From assembly GCF_009914755.1 (NCBI RefSeq), contig NC_060933.1: 64,000 bases of DNA; one strand, written 5' to 3'. The stretch's first letter is position 1. Every line of letters begins with the position of its first letter. Shown here one piece after another: positions 25,961-41,500 of the stretch. Position numbers and translations under genes: made by a program. Origin of the DNA: the human T2T-CHM13v2.0 reference genome, Homo sapiens. The notes under the pieces are model-generated. The model was not told the origin of the DNA. It saw only the letters and a program-made list of their open reading frames with translations, and did no database searches.

Positions 25961-28900
25961 GGAAAGGAATGGAATGGAATGAAATGGAATGGAATGGAAT
26001 GAAATGGAATGGAATGGAATGCAATGGAATGGAATCAACCAGAGTGCAATCAAATGGAATCGAATGGAATGGAATGCAATGGAATGGATTCAACTTGAAT
26101 GGAATGGAAAGAATGGAATCAACACGCGTGGAATGGCATGGATTGGAATGGAATGGAATGGAATCAACCTGAGTACAGGGGAATGGAATGGAATGGAATG
26201 CAATGGAATAGAATCATCCGTATTGGAATGGAAAGGAATGGAATGGAATGGAATGGAATGGAATGGAATGGAATGGAATGGAATCAACTCGATTGCAATC
26301 GAATGGAATGGAATGGAATTAACCCGAATAGAATGGAATGGAATGGAATGGAACGGAACGGAAAGGAACGGAATGGAATGGAATGGAATGGAACGGAAAG
26401 GAATGGAATGGAATGGAATGGAATGGAATGGAATGGAATGGAATGGAATCAACGCGAGTGCAGGGGAATGGAATGTAATGGAATGCAATGGAATGGAATC
26501 TTCCGGAATGGAATGGAATGAAATTGAATAAACCCGAGTGCAATGGAATGGAGTGCAATGGAATGGAATGGAATGGAACAACCCGAATGGAATCGAATGT
26601 AATGGAGAGTAAGGGAGTTGAATAGAATCAATCCGAATGTAATGGAATGGAATGGAATGGAACGGAATGGAATGGAATGGAATGGAATGGAATGCAATGG
26701 AATGGAATCAACCCGAGTACAATGGAATGGAATGGAATGGAAAGGAATGGAATGGAATGGAGTGGAATGGAATGGAATGGAATCAACCCGAGTGCAATGG
26801 AATGGAGTGAAATGGAATGGAATGGAATGGAAACAACCAGAATGGATTGGAATATAACGGAGTGTAAGGGAATTGAATAGAATCAATCTGAATGTAATGA
26901 AATGCAATGGAACGGAATGGAATGTAATGGAATGGAATGGAATGGAAAGCAATGTAATGGAATCAACCCGAGTGCAATCGAATGGAATCGAATGGAATGG
27001 AATGCAATGGAATGGATTCAACTTGAATGGAAAGTAAAGAATGGAATCAACGCGAGTGGAATGGCATGGATTGGAATGGAATGGAATGGAATCAACCCGA
27101 GTACAGGGGAATGGAATGGAATGGAATGCAATGGAATGGAATCATCCGTAATGGAATGGAAAGGAATGGAATGGAATGGAAAGGAATGGAATGGAATGGA
27201 AGGGAATGGAATCAACTCGATTGCAAACGAATGGAATGGAATGGAATAAACCCGAATAGAATGGAATGGAATGGAACGGAACGGAACGCAATGGAATGGA
27301 ATGGAATTTAATGGAACGGAAAGGAATGGAATGGAATGGAATGGAATGGAATGGAATCAACTCGAGTGCAGGGGAATGGAATGGAATCGAATGGAATGGA
27401 ATGGAATGGAATGGAATCAACCCGAGTGCAGGGGAATGTAATGGAACGGAATGCAATGGAATGGAATCATCCGAAATGGAATGGAATGGAATGGAATGGA
27501 ATGGAATGAACCCGAGTGCAATGGAATGGAGTGGAATAGAATGGAATGGAATGGAACAACCCGAATGGAATGGAATGTAATGGAGAGTAAGGGAGTTGAA
27601 AAGAATCAATCCGAATGTAATGGAATGGAATGGAACGGAATGGAATGGAATGGAATGGAATGGAATGGAATGGAATGCAATGGAATGGAATCAACCCGAG
27701 TACAATGGAATGGAATGGAATGGAATGGAATGGAATGGAATGCAATGGAATGGAATCTTCCGGAATGGAATGGAATGCAATGGAATGGAATGGAATGCAA
27801 TGGATTCAACTCGATTGCAATGGAATGGAATAGAATGGAATGGAATGGAATGGAATGGAATTAAACCGAATAGAATGGAATGGAATGGAATGGAACGGAA
27901 CGGAACGGAACGGAGTGGAATGGAATGGAATGGAATTGTATGGAATGGAATGGAATGGTACGGAATAGAATGGAATGGAAAGAATTGGAATGGAATGGAA
28001 TCGAATGGAATGGAATGGAATGGAATGGAATCAACCCGAGTGTAGGGGAATGTAATGGAACGGAATGCAATGGAATGGAATCATCCGGAATGGAATGGAA
28101 AGGAATGGAATGGAATGGAATGGAATGGAATCAACTCGATTGCAATCGAATTGAATGGAATGGAATTAACCCGAATAGAATGGAATGGAATGGAATGGAA
28201 TGGAACGGAACGGAATGGAATGGAATGGAATGGAATGGAACGGAAAGGAAGGGAATGGAATGGAATAGAATGGAATGGAATGGAATCAACGCGAGTGCAG
28301 GGGAATGGAATGGAATGGAATGCAATGGAATGGAATCTTCCGGAATGGAATGGAATGGAATGGAATGGAATGGAATGGAATCAACCCGAGTGCAATGGAA
28401 TGGAGTGGAATGGAATGGAATGGAATGGAACAACCCGAATGGAATGGAATGTAATGGAGAGTAAGGGAGTTGAATAGAATCAATGCGAACGTAATGGAAT
28501 GGAATGGAACGGAATGGAATGGAATGGAATGGAATGGAATGGAATGGAATGGAATGCAATGGAATGGAATCAACCCGAGTGCAATCGAATGGAATCGAAT
28601 GGAATGGAATGCAATGGAATGGATTCAACTTGAATGGAATGGAAAGAATAGAATCAACACGAGTGGAATGGCATGGATTGGAATGGAATGGAATGGAATC
28701 AACCCGAGTACAGGGGAATGGAATGGAATGGAATGCAATGGAATGGAATCATCCGTAATGGAATGGATAGGAATGGAATGGAATGGAATGGAATGGAATG
28801 GAATGGAATGGAATCAACTAGATTGCAATCGAATGGAATGGAATGGAATTAACCCGAATAGAATGGAATGGAATGGAATGGAACGGAATGGAATGGAATG

Positions 28901-31900
28901 GAATGGAATGGAATGGAATGGAACGGAATGGAACGGAATGGAATGGAATGGAATGGAATGGAATGGAATCAACGCGAGTGCAGGGGAATGGAATGGAATG
29001 GAATGCAATGGAATGGAATCTTCCGGAATGGAATGGAATGGAATGGAATGGAATGAAATGCAATGGATTCAACTCTATTGCAATGGAATGGAATAGAATG
29101 GAATGGAATGGAATGGAATGGAATTAATCCGAATAGAATGGAATGGTATGCAATGGAACGGAATGGAACGGAATGGAATGGAATGGAATGGAATGGAATG
29201 GAATGGTATGGAATCGAATGGAATGGTACGGAATAGAATGGAATGGAACGAATTGTAATGGAATGGAATTGAATGGAATGGAATGGAATGGAATGGAATC
29301 AACGCGAGAGCACGGGAATGTAATGGAACGGAATGCAATGGAATGGAATCATCCGGAATGCAATGGAATGGAATGGAATGGAATGGAATCAACCCGAGTG
29401 CAATGGAATGGAGTGGAATGGAATGGAATGGAATGGAACAACCCGAATGGAATGGAATGGAATGGAGAGTAAGGGAGTTGAATAGAATCAATCCGAATGT
29501 AATGTAATGGAATGGAACGGAATGGAATTGAATGGAATGCAATGGAATGGAATGGAATGGAATGGAATGGAGTGGAATGCAATGGAATGGAATCAACCCG
29601 AGTGCAATCGAATGGAATCGAATGGAATGGAATGCAATGGAATGGATTCAACTTGAATGGAATGGAAAGAATGGAATCAACACGAGTGGAATGGCATCGA
29701 TTGGAATGGAATGGAATGGAATCTACCCGAGTACAAGGGAATGGAATGGAATGGAATGCAATGGAATGGAATCATCCGTAATGGAATGGAAAGGAATGGA
29801 ATGGAATGGAATGGAATGGAATGGAATGGAATGGAATCAACTCGATTGCAATCGAATGGAATGGAATGGAATGGAATGGAATGGAACAACCCGAATGGAA
29901 TGGAATGTAATGGAGAGTAAGGGAGTTGAATAGAATCAATCCGAATGTAATGGAATGGAATGGAACGGAATGGAATTGAATGGAATGGAATGGAATGCAA
30001 TGGAATGGAATCAACCCGAGAGCAATGGAATGGAGAGGAATGGAATGGAATGCAATGGAAACTACCCGAATGGAATGGAATGTAATGGAGTGTAAGGGAA
30101 TTGAATAGAATCAATCCGAATGTAACGGAATGGAATGGAACGGAATGTAATGGAATGGAATGGAATGGAATGGAATGGAATCAACTCGATTGCAATCAAA
30201 TGGAATGGAATGGAATTAACCCGAATAGAATGGAATGGAATGGTATGGAACGGAACGGAATGGAATGGAATGGAATGGAATGGAATGGAATGGAATGGAA
30301 TGGAAGGGAAAGGAAGGGAATGGAATGGAATAGAATGGAATGGAATGGAATCAACGCGAGTGCAGGGGAATGGAATGGAATGGAATGCAATGGAATGGAA
30401 TATTCCGGAATGGAATGGAATTGAATGGAATGGAATGGAATCAACCCGAGTGCAATGGAATGGAGTGGAATGGAATGGAATGGAATGGAACAACCCAAAT
30501 GGAATTTAATGTAATGGAGAATAAGGGAGTTGAATAGAATCAACCCGAAAGTAATGGAATGGAATGGAACGGAATGGAATTGAATGGAATGGAATGGAAT
30601 GCAATGGAATGGAATCAACCCGAGTGCAATCTAATGGAATCGAATGGAATGGAATGCAATGGAATGGATTCAACTTGAATGGAATGGAAAGAATGGAATC
30701 AACACGAGTGGAATGGCATGGATTGGAATGGAATGGAATGGAATCAACCCGAGTACAGGGGAATGGAATGGAATGGAATGCAATGGAATGGAATCATCCG
30801 TAATGCAATGGAAAGGAATGGAATGGAATGGAATGGAATGGAATGGAATGGAATGGAATCAACTCGATTGCAATCGAATGGAATGGAATGGAATTAACCC
30901 GAATAGAATGGAATGGAATGGAATGGAACGGAACGGAATGGAATGGAATGGAATGGAATGGAACGGAACGGAACGGAACGGAATGGAATGGAATGGAATG
31001 GAATGGAATCAACGCGAGTGCAGGGGAATGGAATGGAATGGAATGCAATGGAATGGAATCTTCCGGAATGGAATCGAATGGAATGGAATGGAATGAAATG
31101 CAATGGATTCAACTCGATTGCAATGGAATGGAATAGAACGGAATGGAATGGAATGGAATGGAATGCAATGGTGTAGAATGGAATGGAATGGTACGGAATA
31201 GAATGGAATGGAATGAATTGTAATGGAATGGAATTGAATGGAATGGAATGGAATGGAATGGAATCAACGCGAGTGCAGGGGAATGTAATGGAATGGACTG
31301 CAATTGAATGGAATCATCCGTAATGGAATGGAAAGGAATGGAATGGAATGGAATGGAATGGAATGGAATGGAATGGAATCAACTCGATTGCAATCGAATG
31401 GAATGGAATGGAATTAACCCGAATAAAATGGAATGGAATGGAATGGAATGGAACGGAACGGAATGGAATGGATTGGAATGGAATGGAACGGAAAGGAATG
31501 GAATGGAATGGAATGCAATGGAATGGAATCTTCCGGAATGGAATGGAATGGAATGGAATGGAATGGAATGGAATAAACCCGAGTGCAATGGATTGGAGTG
31601 GAATGGAATGGAATGGAATGGAACAACCCGAATGGAATGGAATGTAATGCAGTGTAAGGGAGTTGAATAGAATCAATCCGAATGTAATGGAATGGAATGG
31701 AAGGGAATGGAATGGAATGGAATGGAATGGAATGGAATGGAATGGAATGCAATGGAATGGAATCAACCCGAGTCCAATCGAATGGAATCGAATGGAATGG
31801 AATGCAATGGAATGGATTCAACTTGAATGGAATGGAAAGAATGGAATCAACACGAGTGGAATGGCATGGATTAGAATAGAATGGAATGGAATCAATCCGA

Positions 31901-32599
31901 GTACAGGGGCATGGAATGGAATGGAATGCAATTGAATGGAATCATCCGTAATGGAATGGAAAGGAATGGAATGGAATGGAATGGAATGGAATGGAATGGA
32001 ATGGAATGGAGTCAACTCGATTGCAATCGAATGGAATGGAATGGAATTAACCCGAGTAGAATGGAATGGAATGGAATGGAACGGAACGGAACGGAATGGA
32101 ATGGAATGGAATGGAACGGAACGGAACGGAATGGAATGGAATGGAATGGAATGGAATGGAATGGAATGGAATGGAATCAACGCGAGTGCAGGGGAATGGA
32201 ATGGAATGGAATGCATTGGAATGGAATCTTCCGGAATGGAATGGAATGGAATGGAATGGAATGGAATGGAATTAACCCGAATAGAATGGAATGGAATGGA
32301 ATGGAACGGAATGGAACGGAATGGAATGGAATGGAATGCAATGGAATGGTATGGAATGGAATGGAATGGTACGGAATAGAATGGAATGGAACGAATTGTA
32401 ATGGAATGGAATTGAATGGAATGGAATGGAATGGAATGGAATCAACGCGAGTGCAGGGGAATGTAATGGAACGGAATGCAATGGAATGGAATCATCCGGA
32501 ATGGAATGGAATGGAATGGAATGGAATGGAATGGAATGGAATCAACCCGAGTGCAATGGAATGGAGTGGAATGGAATGGAATGGAATGGAACAACCCGA

Positions 32600-35500
32600 A
32601 TAGAATGGAATGTAATGGAGAGTAAGGGAGTTGAATAGAATCAATCCGAATGTAATGGAATGGAATGCAACGGAATGGAATGGAATGGAATGGAATGGAA
32701 TGCAATGGAATGGAATCAACCCGAGTACAATGGAATGGAATGGAATGGAATGGAATGGAATGGAATGGAATGCCTTCAAACCGAATGGAATGGAAAGGAA
32801 TGGAATCAACACGAGTGGAATGGAATGGAATGGAATGGAATGGAATGGAATGATACGGAATAGAATGGAATGGAACAAAATGGAATGGAATGGAATGGAA
32901 TGGAATGGAATGGAATGGAATGGAATCGTTCCGAGTGGAATAGGAGGGAATGTATTCGAGTGGAATGGAAAGGAATGGAAACAACCAGAGTGGAATGGAA
33001 GGGAATGGAATGGAATGGAAACTAATAGAATGGAATCAACCCGAGTGGAATGGAATGGAAAGGACTGGAATGGAAAGGAATGGAATGGAATGGAATGGAA
33101 TGGAATGGAATGGAATGGAATCAACGCGAGTGCAGGGGAATGGAATAGAATCGAATGGAATGGAATGGAATGGAATGGAATCAACCCGAGTGCAGGGGAA
33201 TGTAATGGAACGGAATGCAATGGAATGGAATCATCCGGAATGGAATGGAATGGAATGGAATGGAAACAACCCGAGTGCAATGGAATGGAGTGGAATGGAA
33301 TGGAACGGAATGGAACAACCCGAATGGAATGGAATGTAATGGAGAGTAAGGGAGTTGAAAAGAATCAATCCGAATGAAATGGAATGGAATGGAACGGAAT
33401 GGAATGGAATGGAATGGAATGGAATGGAATGGAATGGAATGCAATGGAATGGAATCAACCCGAGTACAATGGAATGGAATGGAATGGAATGGAATGGAAT
33501 GCAATGGAATGGAATCTTCCGGAATGGAATGGAATGGAATGGAATGGAATGGAATGGAATGCAATGGATTCAACTCGATGCAATGGAATGGAATAGAATG
33601 GAATGGAATGGAACGGAATGGAATTAAACCGAATAGAATGGAATGGAATGGAATGGAACGGAACGGAACGGAAAGGAACGGAACGGAACGGAACGGAGTG
33701 GAATGGAATGGAATGGAATTGTATGGAATGGAATGGAATGGTACGGAATAGAATGGAATGGAAAGAATTGGAATCGAATGGAATCGAATGGAATGGAATG
33801 GAATGGAATGGAATCAACCAGAGTGCAGGGGAATGTAATGGAACGGAATGCAATGGAATGGAATCATCCGGAATGGAATGGAATGGAATGGAATGGAATG
33901 GAATGGAATGGAATCAACCCGAGTGCAATGGAATGGAGTTGAATGGAATGGAATGGAATGGAAGAACCCGAATGGAATGTAATGTAATGGAGAGTAAGGG
34001 AGTTGAATATAATCAATCCGAATGTAATGGAATGGAACGGAATGGAATGGAATGGAATGGAACGGAATGGAATGGAATGCAATGGAATGGAATCAACCCG
34101 AGTACAATGGAACGGAATGGAATGGAATGGAATGTAATGGAATGGAATGGAATGGAATGGAATGGAATGGAATCAACCCGAGTGCAATGGAATGAAGAGG
34201 AATGGAATGGAATGGAATGGAAACTACCCGAATGGAATGGAATGTAATGGAGTGTAAAGGAATTGAATAGAATCAATCCGAATGCAATGGAATGGAATGG
34301 AATGGAACGGAATGGATTGGAATGGAATGGAATCAACCCGAGTGCAGGGGAATGGAATGGAATGGAATGCAATGGAATGGAATCATCCGGAATGGAATGG
34401 AATGGAATGCAATGGAATGGAATGGAATGGAATCAACCCAAGTACAATGGAATGGAGTGAAATGGAATGGAATGGAATGGAAACAACCAGAATGGATTGG
34501 AATATAATGGAGTGTAAGGGAATTGAATAGAATCAGTCTGAATGTAATGAAATGGAATGGAACGGAATGGAATGGAATGGAATGCAATGGAATGGAATCA
34601 ACCCGAGTGCAATCGAATGGAATCGAATGGAATGGAATGCAATGGAATGGATTCAACTTGAATGGAATGGAATGAATGGAATCAACACGACTGGAATGGC
34701 ATGGATTGGAATGGAATGGATTGGAATCAACCCGAGTACAGGGGAATGGAATGGAATGGAATGCAATGGAATGGAATCATCCGTAATGGAATGGAAAGGA
34801 ATGGAATGGAATGGAATGGAATGGAATGGAATCAACTCGATTGCAATCGAATGGAATGGAATGGAATTAAACCGAATAGAATGGAATGGAATGGAATGGA
34901 ACGGAACGGAACGGAATGGAATGGAATGGAATGGAATGGAACGGAACGGAACGGAACGGAATGGAATGGAATGGAATGGAATGCAATCAACGCGAGTGCA
35001 GGGGAATGGAATGGAATGGAATGCAATGGAATGGAATCATCCGGAATGGAATGGAATGGAATGGAATGGAATGGAATGGAATGGAATCAACTCGATTGCA
35101 ATCGAATGGAATAGAATGGAATTAACCCGAATAGAATGGAATGGAATGGAACGGAACGGAATGGAATGGAATGGAATGGAATGGAATGGAATGGAATGGA
35201 ATCAACGTGAGTGCAGGGGAATGGAATGGAATGGAATGCAATGGAATGGAATCTTCCGGAATGGAATGGAATGGAATGAAATGCAATGGATTCAACTCGA
35301 TTGCAATGGAATGGAATAGAATGGAATGGAATGGAATGGAATGGAATGGAATGGAATGGAATTAACCCGAATAGAATGCAATGGAATGGAATGGAACGGA
35401 ATGGAACGGAATGGAATGGAATGGAATGGAATGGAATGGAATGGAATGGTATGGAATGGAATGGAATGGTACGGAATAGAATGGAATGGAATGAATTGTA

Positions 35501-38500
35501 ATGGAATGGAATTGAATGGAATGGAATGGAATGGAATGGAATCAACGCGAGTGCAGGGGAATGTAATGGAACGGAATGCAATGGAATGGAATCATCCGGA
35601 ATGGAATGGAATGGATTGGAATGGAATGGAATCAACCCAAGTGCAATGGAATGGAGTGGAATGGAATGGAATGGAATGGAACAACCCGAATGGAATGGAA
35701 TGTAATGGAGAGTAAGGGAGTTGAATAGAATCAATCCGAATGTAATGGAATGGAAAGGAACGGAATGGAATGGAATGGAACAACCCGAATGGAATGGAAT
35801 GTAATGGAGAGTAAGGGAGTTGAATAGAATCAATCCGAATGTAATGGAATGGAATGGAACGGAATGGAATTGAATGGAATGGAATGGAATGCAATGGAAT
35901 GGAATCAACCCGAGTGCTATGGAATGGAGTGGAATGGAATGGAATGGAATGGAACAACCCGAATGGAATGGAATGTAATGGAGAGTAAGGGAGTTGAATA
36001 GAATCAATCCGAATGTAATGGAATGGAATGCAACGGAATGGAATGGAATGGAATGGAATGGAATGCAATGGAATGGAATCAACCCGAGTACAATGGAATG
36101 GAATGGAATGGAATGGAATGGAATGGAATGGAATGGAATGGAATGGAATGGAATGATACGGAATAGAATGGAATGGAATGGAATGGAATGGAATGGAATG
36201 GAATGGAATCGTTCCGAGTGGAATAGGAGGGAATGTATTCGAGTGGAATGGAAAGGAATGGAATCAACCAGAGTGGAATGGAAGGGAATGGAATGGAATG
36301 GAAACTAATAGAATGGAATCAACCCGAGTGGAATGGAATGGAAAGGACTGGAATGGAATGGAATGGAATGGAATCAACTCGATTGTAATGGAATGGAATG
36401 GAATGGAATGGAATGGAATTAACCCGAATACAATGGAATGGAATGGAATGGAACGGAATGGAGTGGAATGGAATGGAATCAACCCGAGTGCAGGGGATTG
36501 GAATGGAATGGAATGTAATGGAATGGAATCATCCGGAATGGAATGGAATGGAATGGAATGGAATCAACCCGACTGCAGGGGAATGGAATGGAATGGAATG
36601 CAATGGAATGGATTCAACTTGAATGGAATGGAAAGAATGGAATCAACACGAGTGCAATGGCATGGATTGGAATGGAATGGAATGGAATGGAATCAACCCG
36701 AGTACAGGGGAATGGAATGGAATGGAATGGAATGGAATGGAATGGAATGGAATGGAATGGAATCAACTCGATTGCAATCGAATGGAATGGAATGGAATTA
36801 ACCCGAATAGAATGGAAGGGAATGGAATGGAACGGAACGGAACGGAATGGAATGGATTGGAATGGAATGGAATGGAAAGGAATGGAACGGAAAGGAATGG
36901 AATGGAATGGAATGGAATGGAATGGAATGGAATGGAATAGAATGGAATCAACGCGAGTGCAGGGGAATGGAATGGAATGGAATGTAATGGAATGGAATCT
37001 TCCGGAATGGAATGGAATGGAATGGAATGGAATGGAATGCAATGGAATAATCCCGAGTGCAATGGAATGGAGTGGAATGGAATGGAATGGAATGGAACAA
37101 CCCGAATGCAATGGAATGTAATGGAGAGTAAGGGAGTTGAATAGAATCAATCCGAATGTAATGGAATGGAATGGAACGGAATGGAATTGAATGGAATGGA
37201 ATGGAATGCAATGGAATGGAATCAACCCGAGTGCAATGGAATGGAGAGGAATGGAATGGAATGGAATGGAATGGAAACTACCCGAATGGAATGGAATGTA
37301 ATGGAGTGTAAGGGAATTGAATAGAATCAATCCGAATGTAATGGAATGGAATGGAACGGAAGGGAATGGAATGGAATGGAATGGAATGCAATGGAATGGA
37401 ATCAACCCGAGTGCAATCGAATGGAATCGAATGGAATGGAATGCAATGGAATGGATTCAACTTGAATGGAATGGAAAGAATGGAATCAACACGAGTGGAA
37501 TGGCATGGATTGGAATGGAATGGAATGGAATCAACCCGAGTACAGAGGAATGGAATGGAATGGAATGCAATGGAATGGAATCATCCGTAATGGAATGGAA
37601 AGGAATGGAAGGGAATGGAATGGAATGGAATGGAATGGAATGGAATCAACTCGATTGCAATCGAATGGAATGGAATGGAATTAACCCGAACAGAATGGAA
37701 TGGAATGGAATGGAACGGAACGGAATGGAATGGAATGGAATGGAATGGAATGGAATGGAATGGAACGGAACGGAACGGAAAGGAGCGGAATGGAATGGAA
37801 TGGAATGGAATGGAATGGAATGGAATGGAATCAACGCGAGTGCAGGGAAATGGAATGGAATGGAATGCAATGGAATGGAATCTTCCGGAATGGAATGGAA
37901 TGGAATGGAATGGAATGAAATGCAATGGATTCAACTCGATTGCAATGGAATGGAATAGAATGGAATGGAATGGAATGGAATTAACCCGAATAGAATGGAA
38001 TGGAATGGAATGGAACGGAATGGAACGGAATGGAATGGAATGGAATGGAATGCAATGGAATGGTATGGAATAGAATGGAATGGTACGGAATAGAATGGAA
38101 TGGAACGAATTGTAATGGAATGGGATTGAATGGAATGGAATGGAATGGAATGGAATCAACGCGAGTGCATTGGAATGTAATGGAACGGAATGCAATGGAA
38201 TGGAATCATCCGGAATGGAATGGAATGGAATGGAATGGAATGGAATGGAATCAACCTGAGTGCAATGGAATGGAGTGGAATGGAATGGAAAGGAATGGAA
38301 CAACCCGAATGGAATGGAATGTAATGGAGAGTAAGGGAGTTGAATAGAATCAATCCGAATGTAATGGAATGGAATGCAACGGAATGGAATGGAATGGAAT
38401 GGAATGGAATGCAATGGAATGGAATCAACCTGAGTACAATGGAATGCAATGGAATGGAATGGAATGGAATGGAATGGAATGGAATGGAATGGAATGCCTT

Positions 38501-41500
38501 CAAACCGAATGGAATGGAAAGGAGTGGAATCAACACGAGTGCAATGGAATGGAATGGAATGGAATGGAATGGAATGGAATGATACGGAATAGAATGGAAT
38601 GGAACGAACTGGAATGGAATGGAATGGAATGGAATAGAATGGAATGGAATGGAATGGAATCGTTCCGAGTGGAATAGGAGGGAATGTATTCGAGTGGAAA
38701 GGAAAGGAATGGAGTCAACCAGAGTGGAATGGAAGGGAATGGAATGGAATGGAAACTAATAGAATGGAATCAACCCGAGTGGAATGGAATGGAAAGGACT
38801 GGAATGGAATGGAATGGAATGGAATCAACTCGATTGTAATGGAATGGAATGGAATGCAATGGAATGCAATGGAATGGAATCAACACGAGCGCAGGGGAAT
38901 GGAATGGAATCGAATGGAATGGAATGGAATGGAATGGAATCAACCCGAGTGTAGGGGAATGTAATGGAACGGAATGCAATGGAATGGAATCATCCGGAAT
39001 GGAATGGAATGGAATGGAATGGAATCAACCCGAGTGCAATGGAATGGAGTGGAGTGGAATGGAATGGAATGGAACAACCCGAATGGAATGGAATGGAATG
39101 GAGAGTAAGGGAGTTGAAAAGAATCAATCCGAATGTAATGGAATGGAATGGAACGGAATGGAATGGAATGGAATGGAATGGAATGGAATGGAATGGAATC
39201 AACCCGAGTGCAATGGAATGGAGTGGAATGGAATGGAATGGAATGGAATGGAACAACCCGAATGGAATGGAATGTAATGGAGAGTAAGGGAGTTGAATAG
39301 AATCAATCCGAATGTAATGGAATGGAACGGAATGGAATGGAATGGAATGGAATGGAATGGAATGGAATGGAATGGAATGCAATGGAATGGAATCAACCCG
39401 AGTACAATGGAACGGAATGGAATGGAATGGAATGGAATGGAATGGAATGGAATGGAATGGAATGGAATGGAATGGAATGGAATGGAATCAACCCGAGTGC
39501 AATGGAATGGAGAGGAATGGAATGGAATGGATTGGAAACTACCCGAATGGAATGGAATGTAATGGAGTGTAAGGGAATTGAATAGAATCAATCCGAATGG
39601 AATGGAATGGAACAGAATGTAATGTAATGGAATGGAATGGAATCAACCCGAGTGCAGGGGAATGGAATGGAATGGAATGCAATGGAATGGAATCATCCGG
39701 AATGGAATGGAATGGAATGCAATGGAATGGAATGGAATGGAATCAACCCGAGTGCATTGGAATGTAAAGGAATGGAATGGAATGGAATGGAATGGAATGG
39801 AATGGAATGGAACGGAATCAACGCGAGTGCAGGGGAATGGAATGTAATGGAATGCAATGGAATGGAATCTTCCGGAATGGAATGGAATGGAATGGAATAA
39901 ACCCGAGTGCAATGGAATGGAGTGGAAATGGAATGGAATGGAATGGAACAACCCGAATGGAATGGAATGTAATGGAGAGTAAGGCAGTTGAATAGAATCA
40001 ATCCGAATTTAATGGAATGGAAGGGAATGGAATGGAATGCAATGGAATGGAATCAACCCGAGTGCAATCGAATGGAATCGAATGGAATGGAATGCAATGG
40101 AATGGATTCAACTTGAATGGAATGGAAAGAATGGAATCAACACGAGTGGAATGGGATGGATTGGAATGGAATGGAATGGAATCAACCCGATTACAGTGGA
40201 ATGGAATGGAATGGAATGCAATGGAATGCAATCATCCGTAATGGAATGGAAAGGAATGGAATGGAATGGAATGGAATGGAATGGAATGGAATCAACTCGA
40301 TTGCAATCGAATGGAATGGAATGGAATTAACCCGAATAGAATGGAATGGAATGGAATGGAACGGAAAGGAATGGAATGGAATGGAATGGAATGGAACGGA
40401 AAGGAAGGGAATGGAATGGAATAGAATGGAATGGAATGGAATCAACGCGAGTGCAGGGGAATGGAATGGAATGGAATGCAATGGAATGGAATCTTCCGGA
40501 ATGGAATGGAATGGAATGGAATGGAATGGAATGGAATGGAATCAACCCAAGTGCAATGGAATGGAGTGGAATGGAATGGAAAGGAATGGAACAACCCGCA
40601 TGGAATGGAATGTAATGGAGAGTAAGGGAGTTGAATAGAATCAATCCGAATGTAATGGAATGGAATGGAACGGAATGGAATTGAATGAAATGGAATGGAA
40701 TGCAATGGAATGGAATCAACCCGAGTGCAATGGAATGGAGAGGAATGGAATGGAATGGAATGGAAACTACGCGAATGGAATGGAATGTAATGGAGTGTAA
40801 GGGAATTGAATAGAATCAATCCGAATGTAATGGAATGGAATGGAACGGAATGGAATGGAATGGAATGGAATGGAATGGAATGCAATGGAATGGAATGAAC
40901 CCGAGTGCAATCGAATGGAATCGAATGGAATGGAATGCAATGGAATGGATTCAACTTGAATGGAATGGAAAGAATGGAATCAACACGAGTGGAATGGCAT
41001 GGATTGGAATGGAATGGAATGGAATCAACCCGAGTACAGGGGAATGGAATGGAATGGAATGCAATGGAATGGAATCATCCGTAATGGAATGGAAAGGAAT
41101 GGAATGGAATGGAATGGAATGGAATGGAATGGAATGGAATGGAATCAACTCGATTGCAATCGAATGGAATGGAATGGAATTAACCCGAATAGAATGGAAT
41201 GCAATGGAATGGAACGGAACGGAATGGAATGGAATGGAATGGAACGGAACGGAACGGAATGGAATGGAATGGAATGGAATGGAATGGAATCAAGGCGACT
41301 GCAGGGGAATGGAATGGAATGGAATGCAATGGAATGGAATCTTCCGGAATGGAATGGAATGGAATGGAATGGAATGGAATGGAATGAAATGCAATGGATT
41401 CAACTCGATTGCAAAGGAATGGAATAGAATGGAATGGAATGGAATGGAATGGAATTAATCCGAATAGAATGGAATGGAATGGAATGGAACGGAATGGAAC

